This document shows positions 25,968 through 38,293 of a DNA stretch of 64,000 bases, in pieces; position 1 is the stretch's first letter, and the number at the start of each line of letters is the position of its first letter. Under the pieces are notes generated by a model. The model saw only the letters and a list, made by a program, of their open reading frames with translations, ran no database searches and was not told the DNA's origin. Position numbers and translations under genes: made by a program. Source of the stretch: Octopus sinensis (Eukaryota); contig NC_042999.1 of assembly GCF_006345805.1 (NCBI RefSeq), positions 23,250,001 to 23,314,000 on the forward strand, given 5' to 3'.

Positions 25968-26212
25968 AATAATAATGAAATTATTGTATACAGTGCTCAG
26001 GTGCACCACAACTTGTCAAAAGTGTGTATAAAGCATATGCAGTAATGTACAAATGTCTGGAAAGTGAACAGTGTATGAATCAGATACATGCTTGCGTGTG
26101 TATGGAGGGGAGAAAATCAAGTGTAGTGTTGACGAATCTCAGGAAGCATGGAAGTTTTGAAGGATGCAGTGCTCCGACAACTAACAACTGATGCCGGCAG
26201 TTTGTTCCATGC
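25968..26212 (-). mobile_element. CR1-type LINE extreme 3' end
   Basis: Near identity to 16310-16560. Confidence 0.85.
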
Positions 26213-27178
26213 ACACATAAATCTTACTTGTGTAAATCTATAGATTCTAGCCATCACAAGAGTAAAACACAATGTAAGTTTATTAATGTTAATTCGATAT
26301 ATCTATTTCTATTTCTTTACTACTCACAAGGGGCTAAACACAGACGGGACAAACAAGGACAGACAAACGGATTGAGTTGATTACATCGACCCCAGTGTGT
26401 AACTGGTACTTATTTAATCGACCCCAAAAGGATGAAAAGCAAAGTCGATCTCGGTGGAATTTGAACTCAGAACATAACGGCAGATGAAATACTGCTAAGC
26501 ATTTCGCTTGGCATGCTAACGTTTCTGCCAGATATCAGAGCTGTAAAGAGCGAGTATGTTTATACAAATTTTTACTCACTGTGGACATAAAAAGAGCATT
26601 CAGCTGAACCTTAATTTTTTTTTTTATTATTTTCCAATGGATTTTAATTAATTTACACATAAAATGATAGGATCTACCTCTCTTTAGCATAACACTGTTA
26701 ATGCATTGATTACATTGCGCTAGTGCCAGGTAAAAAACACTGAGTCAACTCTGCAGAGTGGTTGGTGTTACGAAGGGCATTGAGCCGTAAAAACCTTGCC
26801 AAAACAGACACAGTAACCTCAGGTAGTCTTCTACCAGGCCAGCTCCTGTCAACCGTCCTACCCATGGATGCATAGAAGATGGACATTAAATTATGATGAT
26901 GATGATGATGATATATAAACAGCTATGTACAATATAAAACCATAAAAGGAAATTTTAATTATCACTAATTGTGACTGACGGTGCTGAATAGCACCTATAT
27001 TGCTAGAAATAGAAGTTAAAACAAGTGCACATATACATACATAGACAGGGGAGATAACCGCCCCTAAGCAAAGTTGGAAAACCACTGGACTAGACTAGTT
27101 TCATCTGTTAATTGCAGACTTGTCAGCAGTGTCTGTCCCCATTGCTTAGATGGTTAGCTAAAATCCTCTGCCTGTATA

Positions 27179-27561
27179 TCTCTCTCTATATAAACGGCAG
27201 TTTGTCTGTGTGTGTTTCTGTGTGTCTGTTTGCTTGTACCCTCACCCTGACCACGGCTTTCAACCGATTCTGATGAAACTTGACACACACATAGCCCAAT
27301 GTCATAATTCAAAACTAACGCAGCGAAAATTTTGAAAAGTTCCCCCAGTTCTGAAAAAAATCGATAAATTCGACATGGGGTCGAGAATCAGAAACACAAA
27401 CCACAGACTGTCATGGGGACGCAACTCGACCTTTTTTAACTCAAAAAAAAATTTACCATCATTTTTTTCCATTTTTTTGCTATTTTTTGGCTATAACTCT
27501 CTAAAAATGCTTTATAGTTATTTCCCTTACAAACCTGAGCAACGCCGGGCGATACTGCTAG
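27179..27561 (+). mobile_element. Non-autonomous Helitron, second family with shared 3' end
   Basis: TCTCTCTATATAAA...AAACCTGAGCAACGCCGGGCGATACTGCTAG|T. Confidence 0.75.
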
Positions 27562-28513
27562 TATATATATATATATATATATATATCTTTTATTTTATTT
27601 GCTTCAGTTACCTGACTGTGGCCATGCTGGAGCACTGCATTTAGTCAAACACATCGACACCAGGACTTATTCTTTGTCAGCCTAGTACTTATTCTATCGC
27701 TCTCTTTTATCGAACCGCTAAGTTACAGGGACGTAAACACACCAGCATCGGTTGTCAAGCGTTTGTGGTCGAGGGATCATGGGTTCAAATCTCAGACCCG
27801 GCGATGTGTGTTTATGAGCGAAACACCTAAGCTCCACGCGGCTCTGGCAGAAGGTAATGGCGAAGTTCTGCTGACTCTTTCACCACAACTTTCTCTCACT
27901 CTTTCCTCCTGCATCGCAGCTTACCTGCGACGGACTGGCGTCCCATCCAGGTGGGGAACCTATATGCCAAGGATATATGAGCCAGGGATGGCTCGAGAAG
28001 GAACAAACTTCATCAGATCACCAGAATGTGTACATATACACACACATAGGCATAGGAGTGGCTGTGTGGTAAGTAGCTTGTTTATCAACCACATGGTTCC
28101 GGGTTCATCCCACTGTGTGGCACCTTGGGCAAGTGTCTTCTACTATAGCCTCGGGCCAACCAAAGCCTTGTGAGTAGATTTGGCAGGTGGAAACTGAAAG
28201 AAGCCCGTATATGTTTATATATGTGCGTGTGTATATGTTTGTGTGTCTGTGCTTGTCCCCCCAACATCGCTGGGACAAACCGATGCTGGTGTGTTTACGT
28301 CCCCGTAACTTAGCGGTTCAGCAAAAGAGACCGATAGAATAAGTACTAGGCTTACAAAGAATAAGTCCTGGAGTCAATTTGCTCGACTAAAGGCGGTGCT
28401 CCAGCATGGCCACAGTCAAATGACTGCAACAAGTAAAAGAGTAAAAGAGTAAAGAGAGAGTACATGTATAAAAAGGAGTAAATTCTCAAATGTTCTACTA
28501 CTTAGAACCATAC

Positions 28514-28602
28514 CTTATCAGGATATCCATCCGTGTTCTCTTTGTCCTCATCCTGATCTGTATTCTTTGATTTCTTGTCTTTCTTGTCTTTGTTGTATTT
28601 TG
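28514..28602 (-). CDS. TEP1: TEP1 exon 7 (AKYNKDKKDKKSK...GYPDK)
   Basis: gtttcag| and AAG|gtatgg. 89 nt, phase 1-0. Completes QLAKYN. Confidence 0.93.
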
Positions 28603-30466
28603 CTGAAACAGAAATGACATTGAAGAGAATAAATAAATATGCTATAGAAATGTAAAGAAATAAACTCTGCCATGGACACTAAACTCTGCTTGCGAAGACC
28701 TGTTGAGGCAAGTGAAATCGAAATCGAATTCGATGACTGGCATCCGTGCTAGTGGAGCGCTAAGAACACCATCCGAACATGATCGTTACCAGAGCAGCAA
28801 ACTGGCTTCTGTGCAGGTGGCATGTAAAAAACACCATTTGAGTGTGGTTGTTAGCAGCGTCACCTTACTGGCACATGAAAAAAACATTCAAGCGATGTCG
28901 TTGCCAGTGCTGCTGGACTGGCTCGTGTGCAGGTGGCACATAAAAAACACCATTTGCAAGCGTGGCCATTGCCAGTACTGCCAGACTGGCCCTCGTGCTG
29001 GTGGCACATAAAAGCACCCACTACACTCTCAGAGTGGTTGACATTATGAAGGGCATCCAGCTGCAGAAATTCTGCCAGATCAGATTGGAGCCTGGTGCAG
29101 CCATCTGGTTCGCCAGTCCTCAATCAAATCATCCAACCCATGCTAGCATGGAAAGCGGACGTTAAATGATGATGATGATGAGGAGGAGGAATAAATGGAA
29201 ACACTCGGGTATCTACAACAGTTCTCTTATGTTTATTACAACAATAACATTGTCAATATTGTTATAGGTGATCATCATCATCATTATCATCGTTTAACGT
29301 CTGTTTTCCATGCAGCATGGGTTGGACAGTTTGACCGGGCTCTAGGAAGCCAGGAGGCTGCACCAGGCTCCAGTCTGATCTGGCAGTTTTTCTACAGCTG
29401 GATGCCCTTCCTAACGCCAACCACTCCGTGAGTGTAGTGGGTGCTTTTTATGTGCCACCGGCACAGGAGCCAGATGAGGCTGGCAAACGGCCACGATTGG
29501 TTGGTGCTTTTATGTGTCACCAACACGGACACCAGTCAGGCGGCACTGGCAACTGCCACGTTCAGATGGTGTTTTTATGGCATGGGGGTCTTAACTACAA
29601 TTTCCATTTGATTTTCGTTTTGATGTTGGTGTTAATGTACTTGACTCAATAGGTCTCCTATGTGAGGGAATTAATTATTCCTGTAAGCACTAATGAGGTT
29701 GCTATGCAGCTTGCAAGACTATGAACCCGAAGATGATGGCTTTATACTAGGAGACAAAGGGTTACAGTATGAGCGGAGCCTAAGCAGAACAGAGGAGCTG
29801 CATATCTACTCAGATTTCAGAAATAAGGACAGGAATGATTGGGTGTAGCTGGAAAGAGATGAAAAATAGGGGTGGTGAAATATGAGAGAGAACCCTCAAA
29901 GGACAAGATGGATAAAAGTGAGAGGGACAAAGTGACCAGGAGTGTGGGTGGGTGGTTGAGGATTGCAAAAGAGTTTGGGGGAGTGAGAAATGGGGAATGG
30001 GTGAGATGAGAGGAGCCAGGCAACCACTGTAAAGATTGGGTAGGATTCAAAGACGAATGAGGTGAATAGGGAAATGACCTAATCCTTTACTACCCACAAG
30101 GGGCTAAACACAGAGAGGACAAACAAGGACAGACAAATGGATTAAGTCGATTATATCGACCCCAGTGCGTAACTGGTACTTATTTAATCGACCCCAAAAG
30201 GATGAAAGGCAAAGTCAACCTCGGCGGAATTTGAACTCAGAATGTAGCAGCTGACCAATAATGCATCAGTTGAGAGAGGTGGGGAAATAAGAGATGAATG
30301 ACAGAGCAGAGCAGCAGAATGGTAATGATAGTGCAGTAGACAGGAGAGACATAAAATATAAGAAAAATAATTACTCTAACAAATAAGACTGACATAGCTG
30401 CCGTTATTGTTTACATAATACAGGTACTCTAATAATTATATAAATAGTTAAGAAATATGTTCTCAC

Positions 30467-30566
30467 CAAGTTGGTATTCATCAAAATCAGCGAATTTTTC
30501 AACCATTACTTTTCGTAAGGCAGATGGTAAAACACCAATAATAAAAGGCTTATTCAGAGTTTGGTA
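30467..30566 (-). CDS. TEP1: TEP1 exon 6 (YQTLNK...LPSALRKVMVEKFADFDEYQL)
   Basis: ttctag| and TTG|gtgaga. 100 nt, phase 0-1. LPxxLR..M..KF..FDEYQLAKYN motif. Confidence 0.95.
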
Positions 30567-30875
30567 CTAGAAATAAAGGGAATCAAAATAAATAGTTACT
30601 GTTGATTTATGAACACAAAAATGCTTCATAGTTACTATTAATTCATTAATTGTTTTCATTATTCATAGTATTCACAGCCTATTCAGGTAGGCATAGGAGT
30701 GGCTGTGTGGTAAGTAGCTTGGTTCTGGGTTAAGTCCCACTGTGTGGCACCTTTGGCAAATGTCTTCTACTATAGCCTTGGGCCGACCAAAGCCTTGTGA
30801 GTGGATTTGGTAGACGGAAACTGTAAGAAGCCCATCGTATGTATGTATGTATGTGTATATATATATATATACATA

Positions 30876-30911
<36 letters not shown>

Positions 30912-31705
30912 TGTGTGTGTGCGCGTGTGTCTGTGTGTGCGCGTGTCTGTGTGTGTGTGTGTGTATGTTTGTGTGTCTGTGTTTGTCCCCCCACAACATC
31001 GCTTGACAACCGATGCTGGTGTGTTTATGTTCCTGTAACTTAGCAGTTCGGCAAAAGAGACCGATAGAATAAGCACTAAGCTTACAAAGAATAAGTCCTG
31101 GGGTCGACTTGCTCGACTAAAGGCAGTGCTCCAGCATGGCCACAGTCAAATGACTGAAACAAGTAAAAGAGTATAGAAATACAGTGAAGTTTGTGTGTTT
31201 CAGTGAAAAAGATGAAGACTAAAACAGGTCCATGAGAGAAATGCAGAAAAAGAAAAACATGAGAAATAATAGGCACAGGAGCAGCTGTGTGGTAAGAAGC
31301 TTGCTTCCCAACTACATGGTTCCAGGTTCAGACCCATTCCATGGCACTTTGGGTAAGTGTCTTCTAATATAGCCTCGAGCAGACCAAAGCCTTGTGAATG
31401 GATTTGGAAGACAGAAGCTGAAAGAAGCCCATTGTACGTGTGTGTGTGTATATATATATATATCGGTGGCACATAAAATACACCAATCCGACCGTGGCCG
31501 TTGCCAGCCTCGCCTGGCACCTGTGCAGGTGGCACGTAAAAAGCACCCACTACACTCACGGAGTGGTTGGCGTTAGGAAGGGCATCCAGCTGTAGAAACA
31601 TTGCCAGATAAGACTGGAGCCTGGTGCAGCCTTCTGGCTTCCCAGATCCCCGGTCGAACCGTCCAACCCATGCTAGCATGGAGAACGGACGTTAAACGAT
31701 GATGA

Positions 31706-31762
<57 letters not shown>

Positions 31763-31866
31763 CAATTGAGGATAAAATCTTTATAAGAAATTATCAGTAG
31801 TTAGCGTGAAAAACTTCGTAAGAGAAAAAATCTGTAAATTTTTCCACTTTGAAAATATTTATTTAT

Positions 31867-32035
31867 TATATTGAGGGTACTACTATTCGTAGATACCACA
31901 CGCTAAGAGGGACCAATGCGGTCAAAACTATTAAAATAACAATAAATGTTGTTTATTTTTGTTTATTTTAGTAGTTTTGACCGCATTGGTCCCTCTTAGC
32001 GTGTGGTATCTACGAATAGTAGTACCCTCAATATA
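31867..32035. repeat. Perfect inverted repeat, 64-bp arms, TA-flanked (MITE-like)
   Basis: tatattgagggtac...caaaacta / tagttttg...gtaccctcaatata. Confidence 0.9.
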
Positions 32036-32512
32036 ATATATCATCATCATCATTATCATCATCATCGTTTAGCGTCCGTTTTCCATGCTAGCATGGGTTG
32101 GACGGTTCAACTGGGGTCTGTGAAGCCAGAAGGCTTCATCAGGCCCAGTCAGATCTGGCAGTGTTTCTACGGCTGGATGCCCTTCCTAACGCCAACCACT
32201 CCGTGAGTGTAGTGGGTGCTTTTTACGTGCCACCCGCACAGGTGCCAGACAGAGCTGGAAAACGGCCATGAACGGATGGTGCTTTTTATGTGCCACCGGC
32301 ACGGGGGCCAGGCGAGGCTGGCAACAGACACGAACGGATGGTGCTTTTTACATGCCACCGGCACGAGGCCAGTCGGGGCGGCGCTGGCAACGGTCGCGAA
32401 CGGATGGTTCTCTTACATGCCACCGGCACTGGTAACACATCTGCAATTTCCATTTTGTTTTTCGATTTGGCATGCAAGATTCTTTATGCGAGTTCGTGTG
32501 TTGAAGCATATT

Positions 32513-32778
32513 CTGTTGTGTCTGGGGAGAGTCATTTTCTTTTCGTGCCTTATAATTTAACACACTCACCAGTAAAATTTCCACTTATTTCTTATTTTTA
32601 TTTCCTAAAATTTTCGTTGTGTCTTGCAAGCTTTTCAATAGTCTTGACTCTCTTGAAAATGTTGCAAGACACAACGAAAATTTTAGGAAAATAAAAATAA
32701 GAAATAAGTGGAAATTTTACTGGTGAGTGTGTTAAATTATAAGGCACGAAAAGAAAATGACTCTCCCCAGACACAACA

Positions 32779-32779
<1 letters not shown>
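32513..32779. repeat. Near-perfect inverted repeat, about 117-bp arms
   Basis: ctgttgtgtctgggg...cttgcaa / ttgcaag...ccccagacacaacag. Confidence 0.9.
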
Positions 32780-32823
<44 letters not shown>

Positions 32824-33360
32824 ATAAAGAGAATGAAGAATTTGAACATTCAAACTTTATGTTCATTTCCAGTTAGTTTTTTCATAATAATTGTCCAACA
32901 CGTGTTTTGATCACACTAACTGCATATTGTTGTATGCTTATATGCTTATATGCAGTGATTTATGCATTATTAGTACAATCTCTTCAGGGTATATAAGTAC
33001 TCAGAGAAATTCGGTACCTGCCTGGATATTATATACTCCTTCTTACTCTGTGTGTGTGTGTGTGCGTGTGTGTGTGTGTGTGCGTGTTTGTGTGCATGGA
33101 CATGTGTGTGTGCATGCGTGTGTCTTTGCTTTTGTGTTTGTTCCCCATCACCGCTTGACTACCGGTTTTGGTATGTTTACATCCATGCCATTTAGCAGTT
33201 CAGCAAAAGAGACTGATAGAATAAGTACCAGGCTTATAAAAAGAAAATAAGTATGGGATTGATTCATTCAATAAAAATTCTTCAAAGCATTTCCCCAATA
33301 TAGCCACAGTCTAATGCCTGAAACAAGTAAGAGAAAAGCGCTTTTAAAATGAAAGAGAAA

Positions 33361-33592
33361 TTAACCCTTTCGTTACTGTATTTCTGTTGAGATGCTCTGT
33401 GATTCTTTCAATTAATTTTAAATATAACAAAGAATTTAGTAAAATAACTTAGTTATCATTAAGATAGTGTTAGGAACATAAATTGTGACAAAGGTTTGGT
33501 GGAAGATTTTAATTCAAAACATATGAAAACAAGACATTTATACTGAAAGCAAGAGCTGGTTTCAGCCGGGTTGGTAATGAAAGAGAAATTAA
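33361..33592. mobile_element. Solo copy of the piggyBac-like MITE
   Basis: TTAA-CCCTTT... flanked by TTAA. Homologous to the 41-43 kb unit. Inverted fragment at about 63470-63510. Confidence 0.8.
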
Positions 33593-33617
33593 AATATGGA
33601 AAATAAATGTAACTTAC

Positions 33618-33779
33618 AGCACAGAATTCAGCAACTTCGATCCAGTCGGATGGTAACACCACAGTTCTCTTGTAGTATTTCTTCAAAAAATTCCGACAGT
33701 CAGAGTGCATAGATGCGAAAGCAAGAAGATAGTTGCTCGCACTACGGATATTGAGTTGCAGACGTGAATATAGTGCCAC
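33618..33779 (-). CDS. TEP1: TEP1 exon 5 (VALYSRLQLNIRSASN...LPSDWIEVAEFCA)
   Basis: caccag| and GCT|gtaagt. 162 nt. ALYxR..LNIR and LPSDWIEVA motifs. Confidence 0.95.
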
Positions 33780-34252
33780 CTGGTGGTATTTTGAAACCAA
33801 AAGTTAGATTTTAGAGAATCATAAGAGAATATTTACCATACATATTATTAAAATATCTATATAGGTTTTATTTATGCCGGTGGCACGTAAGAGAACCATC
33901 CGAACGTGGCCGTTGCCAGCACCGCCCAGACTGGCCTCCGTGCCGGTGGCACGTAAGAAGCACCATCCAATTGTGGCTGTTGCCAGCCTCGCCTGGCCTC
34001 CGTGCCGGTGGCGTGTAAAAAGCACCATCTTATCGTGACCGTTTACCAGCCTCATCTGGCACATAAAAAGCACCCACTACACTCACAGAGTGGTTGGCGT
34101 TAGGAAGGGCATCCAGCTGTAGAAACATTGCCAGATCAGACTGGGCCTGGTGCAGCCTTCTGGCTTCGCAGACCCCAGTTGAACCGTCCAACCATGGAAA
34201 GCGGATGTTAAACGATGATGATGATTTAAAAGCAGCAGAAATATAACAAAAG

Positions 34253-34290
34253 CTGTTACTCAGAGTTTCACATTTCCGTTCCTCAGACAG
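34253..34290 (-). ncRNA. Minimal type I hammerhead, family H4 (intact core)
   Basis: CUGU-CUGAGGA-ACG(GAAA)UGU-GAAACUC-U-GAGU-A-ACAG. All core nucleotides present, GUA cleavage triplet. Confidence 0.75.
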
Positions 34291-35133
34291 TTTTGTTAAA
34301 ATAGAACAGAAATAACGATATGATCAAACCAGTTAAAGGATACACCTTTAGAAATGGATTTGTTTCATTGGTCCTTTCAAATAACAGTCTTAAGCATGCG
34401 ATAAATAAAGCATATTACTCTACCTCTGGTATTTGAGTACTCTTTTTTCCACTTGTTTCACATTTATGTGCTTACTCCGGAATATATATATATATAGGTG
34501 CAGGAGAAGCTGTGTGGTAAGTAGCTTGCTTACCAACCACATGGTTCTGGGTTCAGTCCCACTGTGTGACACCTTGAACAAGTGTCATCTATTATAGCCT
34601 CGGGCCGACCAAAGCCTTGTGAGTGGATTTGGTAGACGGAAACTGAAAGACATTTGCTGTGTGTGTGTGCGTGTATGTCTGTGTGTCTGTGTTTGTCCCC
34701 CCACCATTTCTTGACAACCAATGCTGGTGTGTTTACGTCTCCATAACTTAGCAGTTTGGCAAAAGACACCAATAGACTAAGTACTAGGCTTACAAAAAAA
34801 TAAGTCCTGGGGTAAATCTGTTCAACTAAAAGTGGTGCTGCAGCATAGCCACAGTCAAATGACTGAAACAAATAAAAGAATAAAATAGTATATATTTTCT
34901 TCATTTTAATGTCTACTTCTCTATGTTTGCATGGGTCAGATGGAGTTTATTAAGACCGATTTTTCTACGGCTGGATGCCCTACCTGTCACCAACTCTCAC
35001 CTGTTTCCAAGCAAGGTAATGCTTCACCATGGCCAGACAGGTTCTAGCTGAATAATGGAAATGAACGACACTGCTTATCTACATATGTATACACACAGGT
35101 GTGTGTGTGTGTGTGTTCTCAAAGAAGTCTCAC

Positions 35134-35268
35134 CTTCAAAATAAATTCTGGGTCCACTTCAGCAATTTGCGTGCACAACTTTTCGATGAAGAGCTTTTCC
35201 TCACAATCAGAACTCTTGAACCTTGGTGAGGAAAGTAAAACTGCACCCATCACTCGAAGAAGTTTCTC
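35134..35268 (-). CDS. TEP1: TEP1 exon 4, start of TROVE domain (EKLLRVMGAVLL...IAEVDPEFILK)
   Basis: ttccag| and AAG|gtgaga. 135 nt, phase 0-0. PEFILK motif of the TEP1 TROVE domain. Confidence 0.93.
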
Positions 35269-36255
35269 CTGGAATATTTGAAATGTATAAACGTAAAATG
35301 TTAATTCAAAAGAGAAATTCTAATACTCGGTTAAAAGATAAAGTGTTCAATTATTGTTGTATGAATGCCCCCAGACGATGAAGTAGACTAGCCCTATACC
35401 TAGATATAGAGAGATGCTAGCACAGTAGTAGCAGTCGAAGTAGTAGAAGCGTAGTAGGGAGTCGAGAGTAGAGTTTAGTAGAAGGCGTCTGAACGTGCGA
35501 CATAACAGTGGCAATGAGGATGAGATAGAACACACAGACACTGTGTAGTATTGTGATATAACAGTGGCGATAAGGTTTCGAATAGTACCAAAAGAGAAGA
35601 GTAGAGAGTAGGAGCAGAGCAGAGTAGTGTTGAGTTGAAGGCATCCGAATGTGTGACATAACAATTATGTATAATAAACCAGTGAGGGATACTACCTGCA
35701 TAAAAGAACAACAGTTAAGTTAATAAAATGCACTAAAAAAATTCTAATTAAAATAATTACACTTTGAAAAAAAAACATCAGCTCAATGTCTAATATCATT
35801 TTAATAATTTTGGCAAAGATGGGAGACAACTCTAGGCATATTTAAGCCTTATTATACCTCCACAGTGAAGTAAAGATTTTGCAGAATTTTCCATATAGTG
35901 AATCACTATGTAGGTAAATAATACTGTAAATGAGCTGATATGAAAATAAGAAGCTTGCTTCCAAACCACACAGTTTCAAGTTCAGTTCCATTGCCTGTAC
36001 AGGCAATGTCAAGTTGATGGAGGGAGTAAGCTAATACCAAGCCCAAACATTTGATAACTGTAAACAAATTCACCTGTGCAGGTTGTTCAGCAAGAAATTG
36101 CAAAACTGACATTCCCATCTCAGCCTCAAGAGACTACAATTAACACACAGCCAGACAGGGCAGTGCTTTGTGTTCTTGAGCAAATCACTTCATTTCTCAT
36201 TACTCTGTGATTATCAGACACCTGACATGTACCACACCATGCACCCATACAGGTA

Positions 36256-36472
36256 GCTGTTCAAGAATTTGGACCTGGAGATCTCCATTTCCAGCGACTT
36301 CAAGGGCCACCTCCCAGTGGTGTTGGGCGTCAACGAAGAGCCCTCGACTACGACAAGACGACCAAAGTTTTTTTTCTTTTTCCCCAAGGTCTGGGGTCTC
36401 CTGCCCCTAAGCCCTAGACCATCACCTAATCACCCTTACCCGTCTTGTTGCTTAACAACAACAACAACAACA
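36256..36472 (+). mobile_element. 217-bp retroposed insert with (AAC)n tail and 13-bp TSD
   Basis: ACCCATACAGGTA at 36243-36255 and 36473-36485. Confidence 0.75.
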
Positions 36473-36587
36473 ACCCATACAGGTAATGTTGATTTGATGG
36501 AAGAAGCGAGCTCATGTACAGCACATTCAATCACTATAACCAAAATCATCTGTGTGGTTCCATCAGCAAGAAAACTGCAGAATTGTC

Positions 36588-37095
36588 GGATCTTTACCTT
36601 TCAACCGACAGATTTAGAAAATAATTTTTTGTAACTAAACACTTTCAAACTTCAGACACTGGTAGAATGTGTCATATAAAACGGAGTGGTTGGCATTAGG
36701 AAGAGCATCCAGCTGTAGAAACACTGCCAGATCAGTCTGGGCCTGGTGCAGCCTCCTGACTTCCCAGACCCCAGTCGAACCGTCCAACCCATGCTAGCAT
36801 GGAAAGCGGACGCTAAATGATGATGATGATGATGAAAACATCTTTTACTCTTAGCATTTTTGAGAAAAACTTATATTTAGGAAGTAATTTCACGTTAAAG
36901 TAAGTCCTATTTCGGTAATTTCAACCAATCAATGATGTGTATTCAGCTGAATAAAATTACTGCCATTGTTTGTCAATAAGAACTTCCGGCAGTGTATTTT
37001 TCATTTGTCACTGTTATTTATGACAACCCTTAACCCTAAAACCCTAACCCTAACCCTAAAACCTTAACCCTAACCCTAACACCCTAAAACGATAA
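36588..37095. mobile_element. Diverged GGATC-type MITE with nested RTE-tail insertion and (TAACCC)n tract
   Basis: Starts GGATCTTT. Insertion 36683-36834 flanked by AAAAC duplication. An inverted relative lies at 1-330. Confidence 0.65.
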
Positions 37096-37308
37096 CTCAG
37101 GATGGTGAGCTGGCAGATTTGTTAGCAAGTTGGAATTTCATGTGGCTTTACATTGTGAGTTCAAACTCCACCAAAGTCAACTCTACCTGTTATACTTTCA
37201 CTGGAGTTGATGCAATCGACTATCCTCCATCCCCTCCCCCCAACGTCTCCTAAAATTTCAGGCCTCATGCCAATAATAAAAATGGATTATTAAGTAAAGA
37301 ATATTTAC

Positions 37309-37591
37309 CTTTAACTGTTGAATATCTTTAAATGAGGACTCCTCACAGATTTCTGGTTCAGTGTCTTCTTGAGTAAATTTCAGTTTCTTCAGATAGTCAT
37401 CTTTCTTGTTATCTCTTTCATAATTATCATCATCATCTTTGTCCATTTCTTCGTCAAAGACCAGTTCTTCATATTCATTCGAATACTGTTCGCTCACACT
37501 TTCCTTCTGTCTTTTCCTGACCACTTTACCTCTTAAATCCTTGAGTCCTGTTAAACTCCTTCTTTGTACCTTATTGAATCTCACTGGTGGT
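37309..37591 (-). CDS. TEP1: TEP1 coding exon 3 (PPVRFNKVQRR...SSFKDIQQLK), acidic/basic low-complexity region
   Basis: ttatgtag| acceptor and AAG|gtaaat donor. 283 nt, phase 2-0. Confidence 0.85.
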
Positions 37592-38255
37592 CTACATAAA
37601 AACAATTTAAATAAAAAACAATTAAATATTTCCATCAAATAACATCAAGCCAAGTGCTTCGTTTTGTTTCATTATGGCCACAGAAGACTAATGTGTTTGG
37701 GTTTCCTGTCATAGTTGTTAGGGCTTAAATAATCATACACAGGAGTGGCTATGTGGTAAGTAGCTTGCTTACCAATTACATGGTTCAGGATTCAGTCTGC
37801 TGAGATCCTAAACTCGGAGTTTTATCATGGCTACCGAATAATTATCAATTATTACATTTACAAATATATATACATCACACCACACTACACTACACCATAC
37901 ATTACACATCACATCACAACACATCACCCACAGCACACTGCCCATACACCCATCTACACATATATACACATATCACATCACAACACACCACCCATACACC
38001 CATCCCCACATCTCCACACCCACACATACATACACACACACGTCGAGACCACCAGCCCTCTTTCACACGCACATACATACTCTCTTATACACACACGCAC
38101 CTTTGTGTTGGGGGCACCTTCGTTTTGGAAGTCACTTGACCCTGTTATCTCCCCTACTGTCCTTCTCGCGTCTGACCACTGTCCGAAGTCAGGACGCCAT
38201 GATAGATTGTTAGCTCCTATGCGCATTTTTTTCTCTCCTTGTTTTTTTCTGTGTA

Positions 38256-38293
38256 TCTTTCTGTCGAAGAGCGTAGGCTCGAAACATAAAAGA
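38256..38293 (+). ncRNA. Hammerhead-like variant, family H2 (CUGUCGA core)
   Basis: UCUUU-CUGUCGA-A-GAGC(GUAG)GCUC-GAAACAU-A-AAAGA. Confidence 0.6.

Noticed and set aside
27265-27290. CTGATGAAAC as a hammerhead
   Set aside because: No stem II between CUGAUGA and GAAA; it lies inside a Helitron body.
36257-36345. GAPDH fragment suggested by VVLGVNEE
   Set aside because: Only a short motif; the following SNASCTT signature is absent.
36481-36575. Extra TEP1 exon between exons 3 and 4
   Set aside because: The phase-0 frame has a stop, and exons 3 and 4 already join in frame.
37025-37088. Telomeric repeats inside a telomerase-associated gene as a functional link
   Set aside because: The tract belongs to a MITE whose other copies also carry CCCTAA; coincidence is sufficient.
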